Shown here: in pieces, positions 1 through 8,554 of the stretch
Layout of the letters: each line of letters begins with the position of its first letter
How positions within the stretch are numbered: position 1 is the stretch's first letter
Assembly: GCA_963842455.1 (NCBI GenBank)
Contig: CAWJHE010000009.1
Location: 18,485-82,484, forward strand
Direction: 5' to 3'
Source: an uncultured Chloroflexia bacterium
GTDB taxonomy: Bacteria; Chloroflexota; Anaerolineae; Anaerolineales; UBA4823
Length of the DNA: 64,000 bases
Notes under the pieces: generated by a model
The model's database searches: none
Seen by the model: only the letters and a program-made list of their open reading frames with translations
What the model was told of the DNA's origin: nothing
Position numbers and translations under genes: made by a program

Positions 1-1
1 C

Positions 2-61
2 GCCGCCTGGCACTTGCTCGACCACGCCTGGGAGCTGGAGGATCGCATCATCCATATGTAA
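2..61 (+). CDS. 3' end of an upstream gene (partial, product not identifiable)
   Basis: An open frame runs off the 5' edge (...AAWHLLDHAWELEDRIIHM) and stops at TAA 59-61. Composition is GC-rich and coding-like. It is too short to name. Confidence 0.3.
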   Translation, partial: AAWHLLDHAWELEDRIIHM

Positions 62-343
62 CGCAAACTGTCAGTTTGCGGATTTATTAGATAAAAGTAA
101 CGCAAACTGTCAGTTTGCGGATTTGCCGGAGGCAAATTAGTCAACCACGAAGGACACTAAGGACAGCTAAGAATTGGAATTCAAAAACCAAAAAACTTTG
201 CGCACTCTGCGAGCTTTGCGGCTCTGCGAGAGATAAATAAGCCCTCACCTAACCTCTCCCAGCGGGAGAGGAACTTGGCGAGCTTTGCGAGAGATTGAAC
301 AAACTGAAGTTTGTTCTACATTAGCTTTGCGAGAGATTTACAG
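57..343 (+). repeat. Intergenic palindrome-rich repeat element, copy A (about 287 bp)
   Basis: It begins at the stop codon of the upstream gene. It contains two tandem palindromes CGCAAACTG-T-CAGTTTGCG (62-80 and 101-119), a purine-rich AAGGACA/CTAAGA stretch and CTTTGCG..GAGAGA motifs. It also has an extra hairpin CCTCTCCC-AGC-GGGAGAGG (253-271) and a third palindrome GAACAAACT-GA-AGTTTGTTC (297-316). It is collinear with 1776-1997. Confidence 0.85.
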
Positions 344-365
344 AAACCCTATTCAGGAGGAACTT

Positions 366-1482
366 ATGAGCACAGTACGCTTACTGGTCGGCACCCGCAA
401 AGGCGGGTTTATCCTGACCTCCGACGACAAACGCCAGAACTGGCAGGTCAGCGGGCCGCACTTCCCCGGCTGGGAGATTTACCACATGCAGGGCTCGCCC
501 ATCAACCCACAGCGCCTGTACGCCTCGCAGACCAGCGGCTGGTTCGGGCAGGTGATCCAACGCTCGGATGACGGCGGGCAAAGCTGGCAGCCGGTGGGCA
601 ACCAGTTTGTCTACGAAGGCGGTCCTACCACGCACCAGTGGTACGACGGCACACAGCGCCCCTGGTCGTTCACGCGCATCTGGCAGCTCACCCCCTCCCC
701 AACGGAGGCGGAGACGGTCTACGCCGGCGCCGAGGACGCAGCCCTGTTCCGCTCGGGCGATGGCGGGCAGACCTGGCAGGAGCTCTCTGGTCTGCGCGAG
801 ATCCAGGGCGAGCTCTGGCAACCTGGCGCGGGTGGGATGTGCCTGCATACCATCCTGATCGATCCACATGACCCGCGGCGCATCTACGTGGCCATCTCGG
901 CGGCGGGCGCTTTCCGCACGGATGACGGCGGCGAGACCTGGCGCGCCATCACCAACGGTCTGGTCTCGATGTACGAGCTGCCGGAGGGCAACGCTGAGGT
1001 GGGTCACTGCGTGCACAATATCGCCATGCACCCCGCCCGACCGGATGTGCTCTTCATGCAAAAGCACTGGGATGTGATGCGCAGCGATAACGCCGGCGAG
1101 CTGTGGTACGAGGTGAGCGGGAACCTGCCCACCGATTTCGGCTTCCCCATCGCGGTGCACGCCCACGAGCCCGAGACGCTGTACGTGATCCCGATCAAGA
1201 GCGATTCGGAGCATTACCCGCCGGAGGGCAAGCTGCGCGTTTACCGCAGCCGCACAGGCGGGAACGAATGGGAAGCGCTCACCCACGGGTCTGCCGCAGC
1301 AGGATTGCTATGTCAACATCCTGCGCAGCGCCCTGAGCGTGGACACGCTGGATCCCTGCGGTGTGTACTTCGGCACCACCGGCGGGCAGGTGTACGCCTC
1401 CTCCGATGCCGGCGATCACTGGACGGCCATCGTGCGCGATCTGCCGGCGGTGCTGTCCGTCGAGGCCCAGGTTTTGCCATGA
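366..1482 (+). CDS. BNR/Asp-box repeat beta-propeller protein (sialidase/Ycf48-like fold), frameshifted as sequenced near 1287-1290
   Basis: ATG 366 follows AGGAGG. Six Asp-box motifs are present ([53 protein letters not shown]). After ...EALTHG the sensible sequence [63 protein letters not shown] continues in the +1 frame to TGA 1480-1482. Removing one G from the GGG run restores THGLPQQ. Confidence 0.8.
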
Positions 1483-1775
1483 TCCGGGTGGTGCTGCCCA
1501 CGCACCTGTTCAGGTTGGCCAACACCGGGCGGGAGGTCGAGATCGAGCTGGAAGGAGAGGCCACCTTCAACGCTGTGCTGGATGCGCTGGAAGGGCGTTA
1601 CCCCATGCTACGCGGCACCCTGCGCGACCAGGTCACCCAGCAGCGGCGGCCCTTTATCCGCTTCTTCGCCTGCGGGGAAGACTGGTCGCACGAAGCGCCG
1701 GACACCCCCTTACCCCAGGCGGTGGTTGAGGGCAAAGAGCCCCTGCGCATCGTCGGCGCCATGGCTGGCGGTTAA
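1479..1775 (+). CDS. MoaD/ThiS-family ubiquitin-like small protein ending in Gly-Gly
   Basis: The 98-aa product [13 protein letters not shown]...[14 protein letters not shown] ends in a C-terminal GG. Its ATG overlaps the upstream stop (ATGA at 1479-1482). Length and pattern are typical of beta-grasp sulfur-carrier-like proteins. Confidence 0.8.
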   Translation: MIRVVLPTHLFRLANTGREVEIELEGEATFNAVLDALEGRYPMLRGTLRDQVTQQRRPFIRFFACGEDWSHEAPDTPLPQAVVEGKEPLRIVGAMAGG

Positions 1776-1997
1776 TGTAACGCAAACTGTCAGTTTGCAG
1801 ATTGGCTTATGTAACCGCAAACTGTCAGTTTGCGGATTGCGGAGGCAAACAAGCCAACCACTAAGGACACGAAGGTACGCTAAGAGGCACTTAGGATTGA
1901 ACGCTAAAAACCAGGAAAACTTTGCGTCCTTTGCGGGCTTGGCGAGAGACTAAGCAAACTGAAGTTTGTTCTACATAAATCTGCGAGGGATAAACAG
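1776..1997 (+). repeat. Intergenic palindrome-rich repeat element, copy B (about 222 bp)
   Basis: It starts directly after the MoaD-like stop and has the same architecture as copy A. The palindromes are GCAAACTGTCAGTTTGC (1782-1798), CGCAAACTGTCAGTTTGCG (1816-1834) and CAAACTGAAGTTTG (1955-1968). The same AAGGACA/CTAAGA and AAAACTTTGCG motifs occur in the same order, but it lacks the 253-271 hairpin segment of copy A. Confidence 0.85.
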
Positions 1998-2075
1998 GTA
2001 TACTTACCCCAACCCCCCTCAGCTACTTCACAGGAGTCCGCCATCGACGCCATCTCCCTTAACACCGCCCGCCAC

Positions 2076-3264
2076 ATGATGCTGGCCGCCCAGGGTCTCG
2101 ACCGGCCGCCGCAAAAGCCAGCCGAAAAATCTGATCTTCTCGCAGCTATCCGCCGCATGGGCGTGCTGCAGATCGATACCATCCATGTCATCGCCCGCAG
2201 CCCTTACCTGGTGCTGTGGAGCCGCCTGGGCGATTACCGCCCGGAATGGCTGGATGAGCTGCTGGCAGAAGGCGCCCTGTTCGAGTACTGGTCGCATGCC
2301 ATGTGTTTCCTGCCCATTGAGGATTATCCCCTCTACCGCCGGCATATGCTGGATAGGGTACCCAATCGCAGCGGTCCGGTGCGCTGGGCTGTCAATTTTA
2401 TCCAAGACAATCCCGAGCTGATCCACAAGGTGCGCACCCACCTGCACGAGAACGGGGCGGTGCGCTCGATCGAATTTGAGAACAAGACCCGTCCCCCTGG
2501 CGGCTGGTGGAACTGGAAGGAAGAGAAGAATGCCCTGGAAGCCCTGCTCTTCACCGGCGAGGTGATGATCGCCCGCCGCCAGAAATTCCAGCGCGTCTAC
2601 GACCTGCGCCAGCGTGTGCTGCCAGACTGGCGCGACGATGACCTGCCCTCCCCTGAAGAAGTGCAGCGCACCCTGACCCTGCGCACGGTGCATGCCCTGG
2701 GAGTGGCGCTGCCCGCCTGGATTCCCGATTACTACCGCCAGCCCAAGAAAAGCATGCCCAAACTTCTGGAAAAGCTGGCAAACGAAGGATTGTTGCACAT
2801 GGTGCAGGTGGAAGGCTTTGCTGAGCAGGCCTATGTCCACCCAGAGCGCCTCGATTTGCTCGAGCAGGCGGCTTCCGGCAAGCTCGAAGCCAGCCTGACC
2901 AGCCTGCTTTCCCCCTTTGACCCCCTGGTGTGGGACCGGGAGCGGGCGCGGCAGTTATTCAATTTCGATTACACCATCGAATGCTACACGCCTGCCGCCA
3001 AACGTCGCTATGGCTATTTCAGCTCTGCCCATCCTGCAGCGCGGCCGGCTGATCGGGCGGCTGGATCCCAAGGCGCACCGCGCCCAGGGCGTTTTTGAGG
3101 TCAAGTCGCTGCACCTGGAAGAGGGGGTAAGTTTAGATGAACAGGACATCCACGAGCTAGCTGCTGCCTTGCGGCGCCTGGCTGACTGGCACGGCACGCC
3201 CGAAGTGGTCATGCGCCAATCTAATCCACCCGAACTGGCTGCGCTGCTGCAAGCTGCCATCTGA
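2076..3264 (+). CDS. YcaQ/AlkZ-family winged-helix DNA glycosylase-like protein (DUF1006), frameshifted as sequenced near 3017-3021
   Basis: AAQGL...VLQIDTIHVIARSPYLVLWSRLGDY...FEYWSHAMCFLP is typical of the YcaQ family. After ...TPAAKRRYGYF the family-like continuation (A)LPILQRGRLIGRLDPKAHR... lies in the +1 frame and runs to TGA 3262-3264. Conserved-looking residues (ISLNTARH) sit upstream of ATG 2076 with no ATG/GTG/TTG in frame, so the start is uncertain. Confidence 0.75.
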
Positions 3265-3306
3265 GAGAACCTGTCGGTTATTGGATGTGCGTTAAGCGTC
3301 ATGTTA

Positions 3307-3316
3307 TGTGTATAAT
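3307..3316 (+). promoter_or_regulatory. Possible -10 element TGTGTATAAT
   Basis: A perfect TATAAT at 3311-3316 is preceded by TGTG. It overlaps the first ATG (3308) of the regulator ORF, and an in-frame GTG lies at 3323, about 7 nt downstream. No convincing -35 is visible. Confidence 0.3.
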
Positions 3317-5966
3317 CTTAACGTGGCTCTCATCTTACCCACCCAATTCTATCCCCCGCCCATTCCAGCCGGCTACCTCGTCCGACCGCACCTGTTTGCC
3401 AAGCTGGATCAGGCGCTTGCCTGCCGCATCACACTGGTTTCGGCGCCAGCTGGGTCCGGCAAGTCGACCCTGGTTAGCGCCTGGATGCCTTTAGCGCGGA
3501 AGAAAGGCGCTATCACCGCCTGGTTATCCCTGGATGAAACCGACGGCGAGCCGGTGCGTTTTTTTGAAATTCTGACTGCCTGCCTGGAGGAAGCTGGCGT
3601 ACTGTTTGAGGCCGTCTCTCTTCCGGCTAGCGGCAGAATAGGCCCTGAAAAAGAACCCTTCTTTCGCTACGATCTGGCAACCCGATTTATCCAGGGTTTG
3701 CTGAAACAGCGCCGCGAGCTGGTGCTGATCCTGGATGATGTTCACCTGGTGCACAGCCAGGAGGTACATGCCGCCCTCGGATATATCCTGAAGCACATGC
3801 CGCTCCATTTCCACATGATCCTGATCACCCGCTCGGATCCCCCCCTGGAGCTGGAATGGCTGCGCCTGGCTGGCCAGCTGCTCGAGTTTCGCATGGAAGA
3901 TCTGCGCTTCTCCACACAGGAAGCTGGCGTTTTTCTCAACCAGGTGATTGGCAGGCATCTGACCGAGCGGGATGTCAGCGACCTCAACAAGCGCACGGAG
4001 GGCTGGATTGCCGGACTGCAGTTAGCAGCCATATCCCTGCGTGGTCGCCAGGATATCCCAGCTGCGATCCAATCCTTTACCGGCAGCCAACGTTTCGTAT
4101 TCGATTACCTGCTTGAGCAGGTGCTCAACCGTCAGCCTGCGCCACTGCGCGAGTTTTTGCTCAAAACCTCGATATTAGATAAGCTCTCTGCCCCCCTGTG
4201 CGATGAGGTGGCTGAGACAGGGGGCGCCTCGCACGAATTATTGGAAGCTCTGGAGAGCACAAACCTTTTCCTTAATGCGCTGGATGATGAACGTCGCTGG
4301 TATCGCTACCACCCACTCTTTGCCGATCTGCTTAAACTGGTATTGGAACAGACCTATCCGGGATTATCTATCAGCCTGCACCTGAGAGCCAGCCGCTGGT
4401 TCGAGAGACAGGGCATGATCCAGGCAGCTATCCAGCATGCCATCGCCGCCCAGGAAATGGAGCTGGCTGCCCGGCTGGTATCAGCCAATGTACTGGTCCT
4501 GGTCGAGCAAGACGACCTTGCGCCAACCCTGGCAAGGATGGATGCTGTGCCGCGCCAGCTACGCGAGAGCTCACCCTGGTTAGGCGTGGCGCATGCTTGG
4601 GCTTTAGTCTACAGCGGGCAAATGGAGCGCGCCGAAAACAGCCTGTTCTCGGTTGAAAAACACCTGGAGCGGCTGATCCCTGAAGAGCAATCCCGCGTCA
4701 ACGGGCAGTTGGCTGCAGTGCGCGCCTATATCGCCTGGGCGCAGGGAGATCAGGATGAGTCCGTGCGCCTGGCAGAAAAAGCAGAGGCTTGGTTGCCGCC
4801 CGCTGAAGTCGTCCTGCCGCGCCCTCAACTTAACCACCCTGGGTAATGCCCTGACGCAATACCAGCCCAGCCAGCAGGCTGTACAGGTGCTGGAACAGGC
4901 GGTTGCCCTGGCGCGCCAGGTTGAGACCTCTCATGTTTTTATGCTGGCTTCTTCGTCATTGGCTTATGCGCTGATCCAGCTCGGCAAATTACACCAGGCG
5001 CATGCTGTATGCCAGGAAGCTATGCAAGCAGCTGAGGCTTACCAGGGGCAAAAGGGCCAGCCGTTAACTTCCGCTGCCAGTGTGTACGCTCAGTATGCCA
5101 GTATCCTGACCGCCTGGGGCGAAATCCAGGCTGCGATACAGGTTGCTCGCCAGGGGGTGTCGCTAGCTGAGCGCTGGGGGCAGGCGGATACCATCACCGT
5201 ATGCCTGCTGAACCTGATCCGGGCTTTATCCCTGGCAAAAGAAACTGAGGCAACCCAGCAAGCCCTGTTGCGGGCGCGCAACCTGGCCCGGCAGGTATCC
5301 TCCTGGTTTGTGTTCAATGTAGACATGTTGGAAATTCAATTCTATTTGGATAACCATGAAGTGAACCAGGCGCTACGGGCAGCGCGCCTGGCTACTGGAG
5401 AATTACCGCTTACCTTACAAGCACGCTTGTTGATTAAGCAGGAATGCTACAGCCAGGCGCTATCTCTCCTGGAAAGCCAGCGATCCCAGGCAGAACAGGC
5501 TTCACCTCTAGAAAGTATTCATATCCATGCCCTGCGCGCCCTGGCTTATTACTTGAAGAAAGAGCCGGACCATGCGTTGTCCATCCTGAGGCAAACCCTG
5601 GATGTAGCCGAGAGCGAAAACAGGGTTGCGATCTTCCTGTGCGAAGGTCAGCCCATGCAGGATTTACTGCGCCTGGCGCAGCAGCAAGCCATCTCACCCA
5701 CTTTTACCCGCCGCCTGCTAGCCGCCTTCAATGCGCCGCACGGCGGGCAAGCTATGCCCTCCATGGAAGCGCTGGTGGAAGCGCTCAGCGAGCGGGAGAT
5801 GGAAATTCTGGCGCTGCTGAATGGTCCGCTGAGCACACCCGAGATTGCTGGTCAACTGGTGATCTCGACCAACACGGTGCGCACGCATATCAAGAATATT
5901 TACGGCAAGTTGGGGGTGCATGGTCGCAGCTCGGCAGTTAGACGCGCGGCGAATTGGGGTTGTTGA
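3308..5966 (+). CDS. MalT/LuxR-family transcriptional regulator (P-loop NTPase + TPR-like repeats + C-terminal LuxR HTH), frameshifted as sequenced near 4817
   Basis: Walker A is SAPAGSGKST. A long helical-repeat region follows, and the C-terminal GerE/LuxR HTH reads LSEREMEILALLNGPLSTPEIAGQLVISTNTVRTHIKNIYGKLGV. ORFs 3308-4846 and 4755-5966 join if one C is removed at about 4817 (VVL-RALNLTTLGNAL). The true start may be GTG 3323. Confidence 0.8.
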
Positions 5967-6012
5967 TCTAACCAAGTCGGTCACTACCTTTCCCAAGGAC
6001 AAATAGAAGGCA

Positions 6013-6424
6013 GTCAATGAGTATGCACGGGTACCAGGCCGGGCGGGTATGTTGGCCTGAACGAGAGCGTCTGGCTGAAGACGCCTGTTCCTCCCGAAAT
6101 GGTGGTCCGGGCAGAGCAGGAAGTTGGAGCAAGCGTCCAGCCACTGACTAGCGATGCCGGGACAGCGCTGCTGGCAGGCGCTGGTCTGAAGGTGATCCAT
6201 GTTAAGACCTGGTCGATCAATGTCGAGGATGAAGCCAAAGGATCTTAAGGAGGTATGGCTTTGGGGGAATGCTGAGAATTATGGGAAAGATGTTCTGGCT
6301 CTATAGCAAAAGCCCAGAATACCGAAAATTTGTAAAAGAAGTCCGCCAGGGAGGAATTATTCCCGAAAAGCTGGATGAATACTTCGGCTATAGGTTATTC
6401 GTAGGGCAGAAAGATTTCACCTAA
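6013..6424 (+). pseudogene. 3' remnant of a class I SAM-dependent methyltransferase (N-terminal half missing, at least 2 frame breaks)
   Basis: The pieces are VNEYARV / PGGYVGLNESVWLKTPVPPEMVVRAEQEVGASVQPL..AGLKVIHVKTWSINVEDEAK / ILRRYGFGGMLRIMGKMFWLYSKSPEYRKFVKEVRQGGIIPEKLDEYFGYRLFVGQK. They lie in three different frames. Only about 45 nt separate the fragment from the preceding stop, so the Rossmann N-terminus is absent. Confidence 0.55.
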
Positions 6425-6589
6425 TCTGGGTGATGACGTAGCGACTTCAAGTAGGTATCCTATGTATTCAGGTGATAAAGAGAGTTTGTATTTCAGCTTT
6501 GCCAGCAGTCAGGTTGTTTGTCTGCAGCAAAACAGATCGATTAATCCGTTAGCTCCCCACGTCAAAGAAACAGATTGGAAGGAGTACCA

Positions 6590-6823
6590 ATGAATATCTC
6601 GTTGATTTACATCGTTATTGCACTTGTCGTTTTACTGATCGTTGCCGCCCTAGTTTTCTTCTTGAGAGTGAATCATAACGACAAACGCCTGACCCCATTA
6701 GCCGGACTGGCTTTTGGATTTGTCATTGCTGGTTTAGTCTTCGGTCAGGAAAGGAGCATTGGCTATGGATTGATGGGAGTGGGCGTTATCCTGGCTGTTG
6801 TTGATATGATCAGAAAATCATGA
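6590..6823 (+). CDS. Small integral membrane protein (77 aa), function unknown
   Basis: ATG 6590 lies 5 nt after GGAAGGAG. Two to three hydrophobic spans are present (ISLIYIVIALVVLLIVAALVFFL, LAGLAFGFVIAGLVF, LMGVGVILAVV). Confidence 0.65.
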   Translation: MNISLIYIVIALVVLLIVAALVFFLRVNHNDKRLTPLAGLAFGFVIAGLVFGQERSIGYGLMGVGVILAVVDMIRKS

Positions 6824-6919
6824 ACCAGACTCTCATCATCGAACCAATCCATTGTTTGAACTGGCTAAATGACCCAATGTAAAACGGATCTATCTCGAAA
6901 GTGCCCGGAGGTTAATCAC

Positions 6920-7027
6920 ATGTTCCGAAAAACAAAATTACAAATACCCGCATGGCTGCATAGCCTGGGATATCGAAATCAGAAGATTATGCACTTGCGC
7001 GGCCCTCCTGAACTTCAAATATTATGA
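6920..7027 (+). CDS. Possible 35-codon ORF translationally coupled to the next gene
   Basis: ATG 6920 lies 9 nt after GGAGG (6906-6910). Its stop TGA 7025-7027 overlaps ATG 7024 of the downstream ORF (ATGA). The product MFRKTKLQIPAWLHSLGYRNQKIMHLRGPPELQIL has no recognisable family. Confidence 0.3.
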   Translation: MFRKTKLQIPAWLHSLGYRNQKIMHLRGPPELQIL

Positions 7028-7527
7028 ATGGCTGTATTGATCATAAGCAAAATATTCCGGTGGAAATAAATGGACAATGTTTGAAAGAAACGAAAATGGA
7101 TATTTACGATAAACTCTACGTCTGGTCTTCATTTATTATCCAAGTTTGTCTCCTCATCTACTTTGCGGCTCGGAAATGGAATTTTGATTTATCCATGCGC
7201 TGGGGCTGGACAATCTATGCGCTTGCCTTGCCTGCAGTACTTGTCAGCATTGTGCTCATCATGGGTGGAAAGCCATGGTACCTGTGGATAGCCGGGTTTC
7301 TTTATGCTGCCTGGGCTGGATTTGGCTACTACGTGGATATTGCCCACCCCATTGAATGGCGCGCCCCGGTGTATTTGCCGGTTATGATCCCTTATATCCT
7401 GCTGTACCTCTCCAGCTTGATGTTCTATTGGTGGCCGCTGATTGCTATCTATCGTCCATTTTGGCTTGTCTACACGGCTTTATACGTCGTCAGTACATTC
7501 CTCAATATCACTTCACACACAAGATGA
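7024..7527 (+). CDS. Integral membrane protein, function unknown
   Basis: Four to five hydrophobic helices follow MDIYDKLYVW. ATG 7024 is coupled to the small upstream ORF, and ATG 7096 is an alternative start. Confidence 0.6.
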   Translation: MNGCIDHKQNIPVEINGQCLKETKMDIYDKLYVWSSFIIQVCLLIYFAARKWNFDLSMRWGWTIYALALPAVLVSIVLIMGGKPWYLWIAGFLYAAWAGFGYYVDIAHPIEWRAPVYLPVMIPYILLYLSSLMFYWWPLIAIYRPFWLVYTALYVVSTFLNITSHTR

Positions 7528-7572
7528 ACTTATCCTTATATCCAGAGTAATTTACAACAAAGACCTGGTGCT

Positions 7573-8385
7573 ATGTCAAAAGAAACCACCTATGAAATTC
7601 ATGTCCGAGAGGTCTTGGACCCTAAGTGGGAGGCCATATTCTCACCGCTCCACCTGATCTCATTAAATCATGAGACGATCATCACAGGACTCGTTCAGGA
7701 CCAGGCTGCTTTGTTTGGAATCCTGATCAAAATCCGCGATTTGGGATTGCAACTCATTTCAGTTTCTGCCAACTCTAAGGATGATGTCGAAGCTCAGCAA
7801 GCAGAAAGCGTTTTTCCCATTTTGACCAGTGAACGCTTGTTGTTGCGTGAATTCAGCCTGGCGGATATTCCCGCAGTTTTTGATATCTTCAGCCGGCCAG
7901 AGGTGGTCAAATGGGTAGAGGTGAAGCTGTTTGAAAAAATGGATCAAGCGGAGCTGCTGGTTAAGAACCGGATGCGCCTGTTCCAGGAGAGGTTGGGATG
8001 CCGTTGGGCGATAGCCTTACGGGAGAAACCTCAACAAGTGATTGGATCGTGCGGCTTTTTCCATTTGCGCAAGGGCACACACACCTGGGAGATTGGCTAC
8101 GACCTGCACCCCGCTTATTGGGGGCAAGGCTTGATGAGCGAGGCTTTGCGGGCGATGATCCAGTTTAGTTTTTCGGTACAAAATCCGCTCCCTATCCATC
8201 GCATGGAAGCGCTTGTCGCTCCTGGTAACACCGCTTCAATCCGTCTGCTAGATAAATTTGGCTTCGAGAGAGAATGCTTAAGACGCGAGTTTGGTCTATG
8301 GAATGGACACTATCAGGACGTATTTCTGTATGCTTTGCTCAATCCTAACAAACCATCAAGCAAGAACGCTTACAACAGCATCTAA
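7573..8385 (+). CDS. GNAT-family N-acetyltransferase (RimJ/RimL-like) with an extra ~80-aa N-terminal domain
   Basis: The C-terminal part LLLREFSLADIPAVFDIFSRPEVVKW...IGYDLHPAYWGQGLMSEALRAMIQF...MEALVAPGNTASIRLLDKFGFERE is a typical GNAT (RimJ-type). The N-terminal part YEIHVREVLDPKWEAIFSPLHLISL..TIITGLVQDQAALFGILIKIRDLGLQLISV resembles a small domain that, as I recall, normally occurs as a stand-alone protein. Confidence 0.75.
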   Translation: MSKETTYEIHVREVLDPKWEAIFSPLHLISLNHETIITGLVQDQAALFGILIKIRDLGLQLISVSANSKDDVEAQQAESVFPILTSERLLLREFSLADIPAVFDIFSRPEVVKWVEVKLFEKMDQAELLVKNRMRLFQERLGCRWAIALREKPQQVIGSCGFFHLRKGTHTWEIGYDLHPAYWGQGLMSEALRAMIQFSFSVQNPLPIHRMEALVAPGNTASIRLLDKFGFERECLRREFGLWNGHYQDVFLYALLNPNKPSSKNAYNSI

Positions 8386-8554
8386 TAAACAGCGCTAATC
8401 TTACCGAATGGGTTTACATCCTGAAACAGAACACCACAATCAGTAAGCCTAAGTTCCAAACACGCTGAGAAAATCTTTACAAACCAGGGTCGGAGGATGT
8501 TATTTACCTAACAAAGAGGTAGAATCATCAATCAAAAATTATTAGGGAGATTAA

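Noticed and set aside
58-124. Two tandem copies of GTAACGCAAACTGTCAGTTTGCGGATT, considered as a possible mini CRISPR array
   Set aside because: There are only two units per locus, separated by about 12 nt, which is far shorter than any spacer. No cas genes are present, and the units are embedded in a larger repeated element.
381-1286. A long antisense ORF (301 aa). Similar shadow ORFs occur at 2028-2840, 5718-6200, 33712-34383, 36658-37284 and 44107-44604.
   Set aside because: All lie opposite well-supported genes. Their translations are Arg/Ala/Gly/His-rich and low in complexity, and none has a start context. They are typical shadow ORFs of GC-rich coding DNA.
285-1775. A single 496-aa ORF in the six-frame track
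   Set aside because: It is an artefact. The first 27 codons lie upstream of the RBS and ATG at 366. The stretch encoded by ~1290-1478 ([19 protein letters not shown]...) is Arg/Ala-rich nonsense, whereas the +1 frame gives a clean Asp-box C-terminus ending at 1482. A separate MoaD-like gene starts at 1479.
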